From: Campylobacterota bacterium
GTDB lineage: Bacteria; Campylobacterota; Campylobacteria; Campylobacterales; Sulfurovaceae
Length of the DNA: 31,940 bases
Direction: 5' to 3'
Assembly: GCA_034722955.1 (NCBI GenBank)
Contig: JAYEOM010000118.1
Span: 1 to 31,940 of the forward strand
The translations under genes were made by a program, and so were the position numbers. The notes under the pieces are model-generated. The model was not told the origin of the DNA, did not search any database, and saw only the letters and a list, made by a program, of their open reading frames with translations. This document shows, piece after piece, positions 19,947 through 29,321 of the stretch. The number at the start of each line of letters is the position of its first letter. The stretch's first letter is position 1.

Positions 19947-21857
19947 CCTATATCTAAATGTTACGATAACTTCTGTGGGTCTGCCCACTACCTTATTGAT
20001 GAGGTGATGGAGATACTCTCGCTCCTCTTTTTGTAGCTTTTGGCTCAATACAACTTCACATCTCACCTCTGCACCATCTCCCTTGGATCGATAGTCTACT
20101 CTGCTGAGATATATGCTCTTTTCATTTATATCAAAGTTTACTTGAGAAAGCACTCTCTCTATATCTGATCTCTCCCTCATCGTTTCAAAAGAGTGATAGA
20201 GAGGCACAGTAACCAATACTGCGATCATTGCCCATACAAAGATACCTTTTTTTGCAACCTTGATAGGGGCATACCCCAAGACCAAAAATGTAATAGATCC
20301 AGCAAGAACGATACCTATGAGGTTGGTGATGAAGAGTAGTAGCGACTGCATAAACATAGACCATTCACCCCATCCCAAACCTATACCAGATACTGCCAAT
20401 GGCGGCACCAGTGCTACTGCGATAGCTACACCGGCTAACGAAGATAATATCTTCTCATCATTTTTGACATATGCAGCAGCGACTCCCGAAGCGATAGCTA
20501 CTAACATATCGAGCAGTGTAGGAGAGAGTCGTGAAGCCATCTCGCTACTCAACTCTCTGATGGGTGTCAGATATGCGACCAGCATAGCAGTCATCAATGT
20601 TATCATCATACCTATCAACACCGTCCTCAAGGCACTTTTGCATAACATCTCATCTTGACGCAGTACACCCATACTCAAGCTAACGATAGGCTGCATCAAA
20701 GGTGCCAACAGCATTGCCCCGATGATAACTGAACTAGAGTTGATAAAGAGTCCTAGTGTAGCGATCACAGTTGCTAGTATCAAAAGCACTACAAAAACTC
20801 TGCTGACAGAACCCTCATTGCGTAGATTGGTAAATAGTGCTGAGTACTGCTCTGTTGATGCATGTCTAAAGAGAGGAATACCACGATGGAAAAATGCCAT
20901 ACGCTCTTGATCTTTAGGTACACTATCTAGCTTGATACTGCTTCTATCACTCTTTTGCGATACTTGATGATCCCAAAACTTCTCCCCCACACTCAATCTC
21001 AAAGCTTCAGCTTTTGTCTCGACTACTATAGGTGTAGTGACTATCTCTAGATCATCCAGTACCACTTTGACAGGCTCTACAGATGATATCTCCATCTTGG
21101 CACTCTTCATGTAGCCCCATGATGCAGGAATCCTCTCAGCTCTCCATTTGTGTATAAATAGCGTAAAGGGATTACTGATAAAATATTGGAAGAGCGATGT
21201 AGGCGAGAGAACCAGCAGCGTCTGCTGACCATCCATCGCACTCAATCTATTTCGCAGCACCTTTCCGATCCAGCTAAAGTTGTTGTACCCCAAGATGATC
21301 ATCCCAAGAGCTGAAAAGGTATAACTATTATCTTTATCAGTGTTTACAGTAAATGTATAGTGCTTCAATAGACTTTTTTGTCGAACTGTTTGCCAGAGGA
21401 GTTCAATGCGTTTGAAAAAAGAGTGCCGAGGATAGTAAAACTCAAACTCTTTCAGTACAGATCTGTTGCCGATTCTCATATCATCTATCACGATATGACC
21501 ATTGCAGTAGAGCATATCTATCCTCTTGTCACTTGGCCTGCTCGCTACCGCAAATGCTTCTAGGGGAGATAGCGGCATATCTAGTATCTTGGCAAATCTT
21601 GACTGCTGAGGCAGCGGGATGAGACCTATGGAGAGATCACTCTCCTGAGCAAACTCTAACACTATCTTGATCTGGGGAGTAGTTCCCGATACGATAAAAT
21701 GCTCAATTTTAGATATATCAAGTATCGGAAGAGAGTCACCCTCTTCAAGGAGTACAAAAGATATATCTTCTGCACCCTCCATCTCCTTGAACTTTGTGAC
21801 AAAATCTTCACTCTCTCTACCATAAATATAGTAGATTTTTTTAGCCGATTGCATCAT
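19941..21857 (-). CDS. DUF389/TIGR00341 membrane protein with N-terminal degenerate diacylglycerol-kinase-like domain
   Basis: C-half has IATLGL..NSSSVIIGAMLLAPLMQPI and GVAIAVALVPPL (DUF389). N-half has IGLIP..Q.RFAKILDMP and RIDMLYCNG, resembling the YegS/DagK fold. Confidence 0.82.
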   Translation of the reverse strand: MMQSAKKIYYIYGRESEDFVTKFKEMEGAEDISFVLLEEGDSLPILDISKIEHFIVSGTTPQIKIVLEFAQESDLSIGLIPLPQQSRFAKILDMPLSPLEAFAVASRPSDKRIDMLYCNGHIVIDDMRIGNRSVLKEFEFYYPRHSFFKRIELLWQTVRQKSLLKHYTFTVNTDKDNSYTFSALGMIILGYNNFSWIGKVLRNRLSAMDGQQTLLVLSPTSLFQYFISNPFTLFIHKWRAERIPASWGYMKSAKMEISSVEPVKVVLDDLEIVTTPIVVETKAEALRLSVGEKFWDHQVSQKSDRSSIKLDSVPKDQERMAFFHRGIPLFRHASTEQYSALFTNLRNEGSVSRVFVVLLILATVIATLGLFINSSSVIIGAMLLAPLMQPIVSLSMGVLRQDEMLCKSALRTVLIGMMITLMTAMLVAYLTPIRELSSEMASRLSPTLLDMLVAIASGVAAAYVKNDEKILSSLAGVAIAVALVPPLAVSGIGLGWGEWSMFMQSLLLFITNLIGIVLAGSITFLVLGYAPIKVAKKGIFVWAMIAVLVTVPLYHSFETMRERSDIERVLSQVNFDINEKSIYLSRVDYRSKGDGAEVRCEVVLSQKLQKEEREYLHHLINKVVGRPTEVIVTFRYRL

Positions 21858-21938
21858 GACTCCTTTGGTATATAGAGTAAAAGTTCAAGACCTCATCATG
21901 ATCTCCTCGAAAGATGATCTGTTCGGAGTGCTTAGGTT

Positions 21939-22379
21939 TTATGAACTTTTTGGGTTTTCACCATATTCATTGTCACCGGACTGGCTATCTTTGACATAAA
22001 AGAAGAGCAAGATGAAGAGCCCGATGATCGGCACAATAGCAATCAGAAGCCACCAGCCACTTTTGCCTATATCATGCAGTCGTCGAATCGATACAGCAAT
22101 AGAGGGGATAAGGATGAGTAGGCTGTAGAGTGTCTGCATATACCCGATCGTCTGCGTGACGGTCATCTCTGTAGATTCTACTGTTGCAGTAGCGATAGTA
22201 TTTGTCACTACTTCATAGGAGTATGCAGTTCCTAGAACACCATCTAGTATACCAAGAGCGATACTGATGATCAAACTGAAAAGTGCAAAATACCAAAACT
22301 CACTCCGTGAAGCTCTGCCATCAAACTGAGCATATCTCTGTTTGATGGTCTCCATAAAGTAACGATTGAATAGTTCCAT
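21939..22379 (-). CDS. DUF805 (YhaH-like) membrane protein
   Basis: FDGRASRSEFWYF, RRLHDIGKSGWW and NEYGENP motifs. Confidence 0.93.
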   Translation of the reverse strand: MELFNRYFMETIKQRYAQFDGRASRSEFWYFALFSLIISIALGILDGVLGTAYSYEVVTNTIATATVESTEMTVTQTIGYMQTLYSLLILIPSIAVSIRRLHDIGKSGWWLLIAIVPIIGLFILLFFYVKDSQSGDNEYGENPKSS

Positions 22380-22499
22380 TTTTTATCCTTTTGTATTGTT
22401 TTTTGTATTATCTCCAAAAATCCTTAAGGAATTGCAAAAGAGTAACGGACACCTGAAGGCAAATAGGACTATTTTACTCTTATTTAAGCTATCTTACTT

Positions 22500-22505
22500 T
22501 ATAAT
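22500..22505 (+). promoter_or_regulatory. Putative -10 box (TATAAT) for the nfu-cytochrome c unit
   Basis: TATAAT about 41 nt upstream of the ATG, with an AAGGA RBS. Confidence 0.45.
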
Positions 22506-22546
22506 CACCTATAATAGATAATTTCATATTATAAAAAGGATAAGTA

Positions 22547-22900
22547 ATGATACCATTTACAGATGAAGAGCTCTATCATGCCGTAGAAAATAACCTACCA
22601 AAAGTTAGTGCTTATGTAGATTCGCATGGGGGAGGGTTGGCACTTCTTGGTGTAAAGGATAACACAATATATATTCAACTAGGCGGAGTATGCGGGGGGT
22701 GTTCTATGAGTATGATGACTACCAATATGGTTATCAGAAAAGAGTTGAGAACTCTTATTCATCCAGAGCTCTTTGTTGTCAATGTGGATGGAACAGACGA
22801 GAACAGACTGCCTGATAACTATTATGCTCCCACGAAAGATATAGTTGATGAGCCTCAAGAAGAGGGTGTTGTGGCTAAGATCAAAAATATATTCTCTTAG
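22547..22900 (+). CDS. NifU/Nfu-like Fe-S carrier protein with C-terminal extension
   Basis: MIPFTDEEL start typical of Campylobacterota Nfu; SHGGG...GGVCGGC (CxxC); IHPEL. Confidence 0.85.
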   Translation: MIPFTDEELYHAVENNLPKVSAYVDSHGGGLALLGVKDNTIYIQLGGVCGGCSMSMMTTNMVIRKELRTLIHPELFVVNVDGTDENRLPDNYYAPTKDIVDEPQEEGVVAKIKNIFS

Positions 22901-23614
22901 GTGATGATGATGAAAAAGTCTATTTTATCTATTATTACTATTTTTTTTCTTGCAGGATGCGATGAGGAGAAGCAGCCTCAGCAATCTTATGATGCAGTAG
23001 CCCTAACCCAGCAAAAGTGTGCTACTTGTCATGACCTTAGTATGCCGGCAGATAGCAATGCTGATGAGAAAGCACCTCCTATGATGGCAGTGGTATTTCA
23101 TCTCAAAGATTTTATCAAAGTTAATGTACCATCTGCACATCAAGGTAAATTTGTAGAGTTTGTAGATGATTATGTGATGAATCCAACACTAAGCAAATCT
23201 TATTGTGATAAAGATAGCCTAGAGAAGTATGGGTTGATGCCATCACAAAAGGGAAATATTACACCGGATGAACTCAACGCCGTAAGCAAATATCTCTACA
23301 GTCACTACGACGCTCAACGCTTCTACAGAGAGAGAGCTGAAGAGACAAGAGTCAAAAACATGCCTATCCATGAGCGAATACTAGAGCAGAAGAGATGTAA
23401 AAATTGTCATGAGTTAGAGAAAGATAAAGTAGCACCATCTTTTCAGAATATAGCCAAACGATACACTAGAGAGGATAAAAAAACTTTGATTCATAGTCTG
23501 AGCAGTGGGAGCAGAGGTCGGTGGGAGAAGAGCAGAATCCCAATGCCTGCCTATAGCAAACTAACTCCGGAAGAGTTAGATGGTATGGTTGATTGGATTT
23601 TGTCACTAAAATAA
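22901..23614 (+). CDS. Dihaem c-type cytochrome lipoprotein
   Basis: Lipobox LAGC; haem motifs CATCH and CKNCH, each followed by a candidate Met ligand (LMP, PMP). The start is among GTG-ATG-ATG-ATG at 22901-22912. Confidence 0.88.
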   Translation: MMMMKKSILSIITIFFLAGCDEEKQPQQSYDAVALTQQKCATCHDLSMPADSNADEKAPPMMAVVFHLKDFIKVNVPSAHQGKFVEFVDDYVMNPTLSKSYCDKDSLEKYGLMPSQKGNITPDELNAVSKYLYSHYDAQRFYRERAEETRVKNMPIHERILEQKRCKNCHELEKDKVAPSFQNIAKRYTREDKKTLIHSLSSGSRGRWEKSRIPMPAYSKLTPEELDGMVDWILSLK

Positions 23615-23673
23615 ATCTCGGTCAATGAGATGACCTCTTGGGGTGGTATTGACTTCCCCCTCTTAAACCCAAA

Positions 23674-25179
23674 CTATATGTTGTAACGATCTATCAAAAC
23701 CTTCAGCTCCTCTTTGTCTATCACTACGCTTTTGTCTCCACCTTTTTTGGCATATAGTTTTCGTACCATATCCTCTACAGCAGGGGTATCATTGGTGTGT
23801 GGGTAGAGGATCTTGAGTGCTTCACTCTCCCTCATAGGGTTTACAGCTCTTTTCCACTTGATATATGGTGAGAGCTTTACTGCTCCTAATGTCACTGCTA
23901 CACCACCTGCAAATGCAAGCAGAAGCATCCAAGCAGAGAGTGAGCTGCTGGTGTCACTATCGGGACTGCTCTGAGATGACTGTAGCTCTTCTCTCTGGTT
24001 GACCTCTGTGCTTGCCTGAGGTTTGGTACTCTGTATGACTGTCGGGGCTACTGCCTGACCTCCTTTGACAGTGACCTGATGGCTTTGGGTTTGAAGTGTT
24101 TCAACTTTTCCTGTTTTGAAGTTAAAGAGAGTAAATGATTTGGATGGGATCTCAAAATCATGGTCTGCTATAAAAACAAACTTCTTTTTATAACTACTGA
24201 TCAGTTTGTCACCCACTAGGTGACTCTCTACTTTGGCATCATCGCTATAGATAGTCACACCATCGATCTCATACTCAAACCCATCGAAATCCTCCAGATT
24301 TCCCTCCCCTGTGATCTCTATAGTCAGATTGACAGGCTTGTTTGCCTTCACCTCATCAGCATCTATCTTTTCACTCAGATTCAGATCTCCGACGAGATCA
24401 CTACCCTCAGGTGATGGCTTCACGGCTATAGTCAAGCTGTTGGAGACTACACTACTCCAGACAGGTGTATCAAAAAATGTACCGAAAAAGTCATCTTTGC
24501 GTCTCCCTCTCTCTGCTATCTTGGCTTGTGCAGGTCCTATAGTAAAGTTACCTTCATACTTGGGTGTCAATATATACCGCAACTCATGGACTATATATCC
24601 ATCCTTCTTGTAAGTCTTCTCATCCCCTATCTCCTTGACAAAGAAGTCTGTTAAGGCTGGTTTTCTATACTCCACCTTCATCAAGTCCACTTGACGAGAC
24701 TCATTGAAAAAGACAGAGAGCAGTATAGGTTCACCCACAAAAACCTGCTTTTGGTTTACCACCATATCAAGAGTCACTTTTTTACTGCTGCTGGGTGTAG
24801 GTGCCATAGATTTGACAACTCTGATATCGACTGGGTTTGTCTGCATAACTTGACCGTCCACCTCTATAGAAAAGGGAGGGATAGTCATCGCTTTTGCAGG
24901 GGTGAAGATGATGATCTGTTTTTTGATACTCTCTTTTGTTATTGTCCCATTTATCATCTTCAGGGAGGATTGTGTCATATTGGAGACCCCCTCTACAGGG
25001 TAGATCCCTACTCTATGGATAGTCGGAAATTTGACATCATCTCCTCTAGCTTCTAATGTCAACTGCACACTATTGCCCTCTACTACGCTGGCATCATCTA
25101 CTGTAGCCTCGACACTAGCCCCTAGCATCAACACTACACTCATCTGCCACAATAAAATAGTATGTAAAATCTGCTTCAT
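23674..25179 (-). CDS. batD: BatD family protein
   Basis: Signal peptide, tandem beta-rich Ig-like repeats (IPPFSIEVDG, VFVGEPI, ITGEGNL), C-terminal TM; last gene of the moxR/VWA operon. Confidence 0.85.
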   Translation of the reverse strand: MKQILHTILLWQMSVVLMLGASVEATVDDASVVEGNSVQLTLEARGDDVKFPTIHRVGIYPVEGVSNMTQSSLKMINGTITKESIKKQIIIFTPAKAMTIPPFSIEVDGQVMQTNPVDIRVVKSMAPTPSSSKKVTLDMVVNQKQVFVGEPILLSVFFNESRQVDLMKVEYRKPALTDFFVKEIGDEKTYKKDGYIVHELRYILTPKYEGNFTIGPAQAKIAERGRRKDDFFGTFFDTPVWSSVVSNSLTIAVKPSPEGSDLVGDLNLSEKIDADEVKANKPVNLTIEITGEGNLEDFDGFEYEIDGVTIYSDDAKVESHLVGDKLISSYKKKFVFIADHDFEIPSKSFTLFNFKTGKVETLQTQSHQVTVKGGQAVAPTVIQSTKPQASTEVNQREELQSSQSSPDSDTSSSLSAWMLLLAFAGGVAVTLGAVKLSPYIKWKRAVNPMRESEALKILYPHTNDTPAVEDMVRKLYAKKGGDKSVVIDKEELKVLIDRYNI

Positions 25180-25232
25180 TCTCTATCTCCTCTCTCTATT
25201 TGTGATTGATATTGGACCATATATCGTATCTC

Positions 25233-26117
25233 TTACCATGGATTGACCTCTTCATCTCTCTTGGGTTTTTTGGACCCTCCTGCCTGATACATCATAGATG
25301 GCATCTTTTTTTGATTTAGCTTTTTCAGTAGTCGATTGAGCTCTTTTTGAGTCATCTGCTGCTCTGGGCTCATCTTCTGCTCTTTTGGCTCCCCGCCTGT
25401 AGTGTCACCTCTCTCTTTTTTCTCATCTTTTTTCTCTTTTTGAGACTTCTGTTTCTCTTTTTGACCATCTTTGTTCTTCTGCTCTTTGCTCTTTTGCTCT
25501 TGCTTTTGATCCTTTTTCTTATCTTTGTCACCCCTCTTTTGCTGGTTTGGATTTTTCTCTTTATCTCTCTTGTCGCCTTTTTTGTCTTGGTCATTTTTCT
25601 TTTGATCTTTCTTCTCTTGATCTTTATTTTTTTGATCTTTCTTCTCTTGATCTTTCTTCTCTTGATCTCTATTTTTTTGATCTTTTTGGTCTTGCTTCTT
25701 TTGATCCTCTTTTTTCTTCTGCTTCTCTTTCTCTCTTTTTGCCAACTCTAGATTGTGCCGTGTATCTCTATCCTCTTCTATCTTCAAAGCATCTTCGTAT
25801 GATTTGATCGCTTCATCGAGCTTCTTCTGCTGAAAATAGCTATTACCGATATTGTGCAGCCTTTGAGCTTCATCTACCCCCTTGGCACTCTTGTATGACT
25901 CTAGTGCTTTATCGTATTTTTTTGCTTTATAATAGGCGTTACCCATATCGTAGTCTACCTCCGGACTCTCCTTGTCCAATCCCTTCAGTATGGTCGCACT
26001 CTCTTCATATCTCTTATCCCCATACGCTCTTTTTGCTTCATCTATCGTCTGGAAATCCATCAAGCCTGCGACAGCAAACGCCGACAAAAAGATACCTAGT
26101 AGTATAAACTGTTTCAT
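25233..26117 (-). CDS. BatC-like TPR protein with K/D/Q-rich linker
   Basis: Signal peptide, TPRs (YDMGNAYYK, HNIGNSYFQ, HNLELA), low-complexity KDQ tract, terminal W. Confidence 0.85.
   Translation of the reverse strand: MKQFILLGIFLSAFAVAGLMDFQTIDEAKRAYGDKRYEESATILKGLDKESPEVDYDMGNAYYKAKKYDKALESYKSAKGVDEAQRLHNIGNSYFQQKKLDEAIKSYEDALKIEEDRDTRHNLELAKREKEKQKKKEDQKKQDQKDQKNRDQEKKDQEKKDQKNKDQEKKDQKKNDQDKKGDKRDKEKNPNQQKRGDKDKKKDQKQEQKSKEQKNKDGQKEKQKSQKEKKDEKKERGDTTGGEPKEQKMSPEQQMTQKELNRLLKKLNQKKMPSMMYQAGGSKKPKRDEEVNPW
25587..25685. repeat. 15-bp intragenic tandem repeat (about 6.5 units, TTGATCTTTCTTCTC consensus on +)
   Basis: Units at 25587, 25602, 25617, 25632, 25647 and 25662 plus a partial unit; they encode EKKDQ/KNKDQ-type pentapeptides. 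Confidence 0.85.
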
Positions 26118-26118
26118 C

Positions 26119-27099
26119 TCAATCCTCCCCTCTTCTAGGTAGTGAACTAAATGCGATCAGCAGAAGCAGCATAGCCCCTGCCAACGGATAGTAAAATAGC
26201 TCTATATGATCCTTGATCTTCACTTCGCCCTGTTGGGTATCGGTATGTTTTGCACGGATGATAGAGACTAGCTTTTTTATATCCTCACTGCCGTTGGTAG
26301 CTATGACATAGGCACCACCCGTATCTAGTGCTATTTGACCTAGTGCATCATTTCTCTGTGCTATGGCTATAGTACCATCTTTGCGGGCTAGAGGCTTGCC
26401 ATCACTATCAAGCACAGGAGCGCCCTCCTCTGTACCCACTAGAACAGCATAGAGTTCTATGCCGCTATCCTTCATCTCCTGAGCGAACCCCTCAAGTGCC
26501 TTCTCATCCCCCCCATCACTAAAGAGTATCATGATCTTTGGCTTTTTGTTATCTAGCATTTTGGCTGCTAGAGACCCAAGTGCAGAGAAGTCTGTAGAGC
26601 CCATGTTGATATACTTATCATTGACTCTCTCTACTATCTGCCCTAGTGTCGGCTTGTCACTGCTAAATGGTGCGAGAACGAACGAGACATGAGCGAATGC
26701 CACTACTGCTATCTCATCACTAGGCATAGTGTCAAATAGTGTCAAGATCTTCTTTTTTGCAAACTCCAGACGGTTTGGATAGAGATCTTTGCTACGCATC
26801 GATCCTGAGATATCCAGTGCAGTCAGCAGACTGAGTCCCTTGATCTCCACGATCTTGTCACCCCTCTCTATCACTGGTCGTGCCATAGCTACTATCATCA
26901 TAAAGATAGCTAAAAACATTATGATATTTCGCACTACAGTAGGCAGAGCATCACTCCCAGCACTCAACCGTGCCAACACCTTCTCATCAAAGAGACGAGA
27001 GAGTCGATCTCTGTTTGTAGATATCAAAAATGCAAAGATCACAAAAGGGATGATCAACACCCAGAAAAGATATGGATACTCAAATAGTACACTGCTCAT
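26119..27099 (-). CDS. BatB-like VWA domain membrane protein
   Basis: N-terminal TMs, AMARP, MIDAS DISGSM, PNRLEFAK, FSDG, C-terminal TM. Confidence 0.9.
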   Translation of the reverse strand: MSSVLFEYPYLFWVLIIPFVIFAFLISTNRDRLSRLFDEKVLARLSAGSDALPTVVRNIIMFLAIFMMIVAMARPVIERGDKIVEIKGLSLLTALDISGSMRSKDLYPNRLEFAKKKILTLFDTMPSDEIAVVAFAHVSFVLAPFSSDKPTLGQIVERVNDKYINMGSTDFSALGSLAAKMLDNKKPKIMILFSDGGDEKALEGFAQEMKDSGIELYAVLVGTEEGAPVLDSDGKPLARKDGTIAIAQRNDALGQIALDTGGAYVIATNGSEDIKKLVSIIRAKHTDTQQGEVKIKDHIELFYYPLAGAMLLLLIAFSSLPRRGED

Positions 27100-27102
27100 A
27101 CT

Positions 27103-28023
27103 CTATACTCCTCTCGCATTTCTAAAATAGATAAAAAACAGCAGTGCCAATATCGCCACAAATAGCGGATAGGTATATAGATAGGTATGCTGTACCACTT
27201 TTTTGTCATTGAGCTTACTAGCCTCTAGCTTGTCTATCTCTTGGTAAATCTCTAGGAGCATCTCACTGTTGTGTGCACCATAAGCCCTGCCCTTGCCTGC
27301 CTCTGCCAAAGCCTGTAGATATCTGCCGTTGTAGTCACGAGGATCACCGATACCTATGGTATAGAGTTTTACATCACTCTTGGAGATGATGTTTTTGATA
27401 TCTTCAAAAGCCACCCTGCTCATATTGTCCTGTCCGTCAGTGAGCAGTATAGCGATCTTGGATTTGGCTTTGCTCTTGCTCAACATCCCGTATGTCTGCA
27501 CCAGAGCATCATTGATAGCTGTGCGTTTTCCCGCTATGCCCAGCTGTTGATAAGCTACGATATCTTGTAAAAACTCCTTCTCAAAAGTCAATGGTGATGC
27601 GATAAACGCTACATCAGCGAAGGTCACTACACCTATACGATCATCTAATCTCTTGGAGATGAAGTCATCCATAACCTCTTTGACAACCATAAATTTATTT
27701 TTGCTTCTATTGCGTGGATCAAACCCCCTCTGTCTCATGGAGTCACTAGCATCTATCACTAGAACGATATCTCGCCCCTCTTTGTGACTATCTTTATACT
27801 CTTTGGTCAGCACAGGAGAAGCTAGTGCTATCACCGCCGTAACTATACCGATCCACTTGAGCCACAGCAGGAGTGAACTCTTTTTTGCACCACCCTGTAT
27901 CAGAAGTCTCTCGATATGAGGGAAATATATAGCACGGCTCCTCTCCTTGCAAAATCTAGCACAAACCAAAAATAGGACTACTATCCCCAGTATATAGGGG
28001 TATTCAAAACTAAACTGACTCAT
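27103..28023 (-). CDS. BatA-like VWA domain membrane protein
   Basis: FEYP start, ALASP, MIDAS DASDSM, DRIGVVTF, SPLT, TAINDAL, LLTDG, YTIGIG. Confidence 0.92.
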   Translation of the reverse strand: MSQFSFEYPYILGIVVLFLVCARFCKERSRAIYFPHIERLLIQGGAKKSSLLLWLKWIGIVTAVIALASPVLTKEYKDSHKEGRDIVLVIDASDSMRQRGFDPRNRSKNKFMVVKEVMDDFISKRLDDRIGVVTFADVAFIASPLTFEKEFLQDIVAYQQLGIAGKRTAINDALVQTYGMLSKSKAKSKIAILLTDGQDNMSRVAFEDIKNIISKSDVKLYTIGIGDPRDYNGRYLQALAEAGKGRAYGAHNSEMLLEIYQEIDKLEASKLNDKKVVQHTYLYTYPLFVAILALLFFIYFRNARGV

Positions 28024-28441
28024 CTGCTACCTGCACATAGAGGTTGAACTGTTTGAGAGTATCTTCATCAACCTCAGCAACCTCTTTTTTATATTTATAC
28101 TGTTCGAGCTTTCGCTCCAGCTGATCAAAGAGCTCTCTTCGTCTATCATCTGTCGCTAGCAGTCTAGCATAGTGTGTCGCACTATAAGCACTCTCTTTGG
28201 TGTCTACCCAGTCTATAGTGTGGAGTTTGGCTAAATACTGTTTTGCCAAATTTTTCTTGCGTTGCTTGATATACTTTTTTATAAGAAAAAAGAGTACCGC
28301 CACTATCAAGAGAAGAGCAAAGATGACAATCCCCCAAAATATATAAAAGCTACTATCGGGGATCTCCATCAGCGGCTTGATATCTCTCAGCTGATCATTG
28401 ATGTTTGGCATCTGTCTCTCTGCTACTTGTGTACTATTCAT
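28010..28441 (-). CDS. Small single-TM protein of the moxR/bat operon (DUF4381-like)
   Basis: LRDIKP...single TM...basic stretch; located between DUF58 and batA. Confidence 0.75.
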   Translation of the reverse strand: MNSTQVAERQMPNINDQLRDIKPLMEIPDSSFYIFWGIVIFALLLIVAVLFFLIKKYIKQRKKNLAKQYLAKLHTIDWVDTKESAYSATHYARLLATDDRRRELFDQLERKLEQYKYKKEVAEVDEDTLKQFNLYVQVADESV

Positions 28442-28445
28442 CCTC

Positions 28446-29273
28446 TCACCTCATCCGTTTCATCAGTTTCAGATAGGGATCCTCATCTGTATATATCTTG
28501 GCAGACCGTATCCCGTTTTTTCTAAACTGAGTATAGAGTTTTTCATCATTTGCTCTTAGTGCTTTTTTATACTGACTGAGCATACTGCTCTCTACATTGC
28601 CCTCAAAACTCTTCCGACTCTCCATATCTATCAGTCGCAGATACCCAAGCTCCCCTGGATCCTCCTCAAACCTATCACGCACGATCACAGCGAAAACATC
28701 ATGCTTTTTGCTGATCAACCCTAGATCTATATCGCCTATAAAGTCTGAAATGATAAAGAGCAGAGATCGCTTTTTTACTCTCCTAAAGAGGGTATCAACA
28801 AAGCCTTTGAAATCTCCCTCTTTTCCGATACTCTCAAAGCTAGTCAGAGAGTCAACTGCAGTAGTCACAGAGAAGAGCTTTTTACTCGGTTTGCTAGCAG
28901 CATATAGTCTATCTGCATAGATCACGGATGAGAAGAGATCTGAGTTCTTGACTGCTGAAAAGCCCAGTATCGCAGCAGCTTCGGCCATCACTTCACCCTT
29001 CTGCCGTACTGTACCGAAATATACAGATCCGTTCATCATCGTAGCTACTACTACATTGAGCTGTCTCTCCTCATGATAGTTTTTGACATAGGGCTTGCCT
29101 AGTTTTGCTGTCGTCTTCCAGTCTATCTTTCGGACATCATCTCCATATATATACTCACGAAGCTCCGAAAATTCAAACCCCTGCCCATGAAAGAGAGATG
29201 CATTGTTCCCCAACATATCACCAAAGACCTGTTTTCTGGTTTTTAAAATAATTTTTTTTGTAATCTTGTTCAC
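28446..29273 (-). CDS. DUF58 domain protein
   Basis: GQGFEFSELREYIYGDDVRKIDWKTTAK, EER and ISDF motifs. Confidence 0.94.
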   Translation of the reverse strand: MNKITKKIILKTRKQVFGDMLGNNASLFHGQGFEFSELREYIYGDDVRKIDWKTTAKLGKPYVKNYHEERQLNVVVATMMNGSVYFGTVRQKGEVMAEAAAILGFSAVKNSDLFSSVIYADRLYAASKPSKKLFSVTTAVDSLTSFESIGKEGDFKGFVDTLFRRVKKRSLLFIISDFIGDIDLGLISKKHDVFAVIVRDRFEEDPGELGYLRLIDMESRKSFEGNVESSMLSQYKKALRANDEKLYTQFRKNGIRSAKIYTDEDPYLKLMKRMR

Positions 29274-29321
29274 ACTACTCCTCTCTTTAAGCCGCTTTTT
29301 TGATGGTATTGATAGATAAAT

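Noticed and set aside
23615..23673. Terminator between cytochrome c and batD
   Set aside because: Only weak 5-bp alternative stems without a U-tract, not supportable.
25347..25807. Hydrophobic F/L-rich plus-strand ORFs and the K/R-rich alternative frame (25370-25594)
   Set aside because: They are antisense or frame shadows of the low-complexity KDQ tract of batC.
560..28920. Many short antisense ORFs in the track (e.g. 2297-2806, 3962-4450, 7446-7874, 11714-12127, 20260-20658)
   Set aside because: Each lies wholly opposite a well-supported conserved gene and has no motifs.
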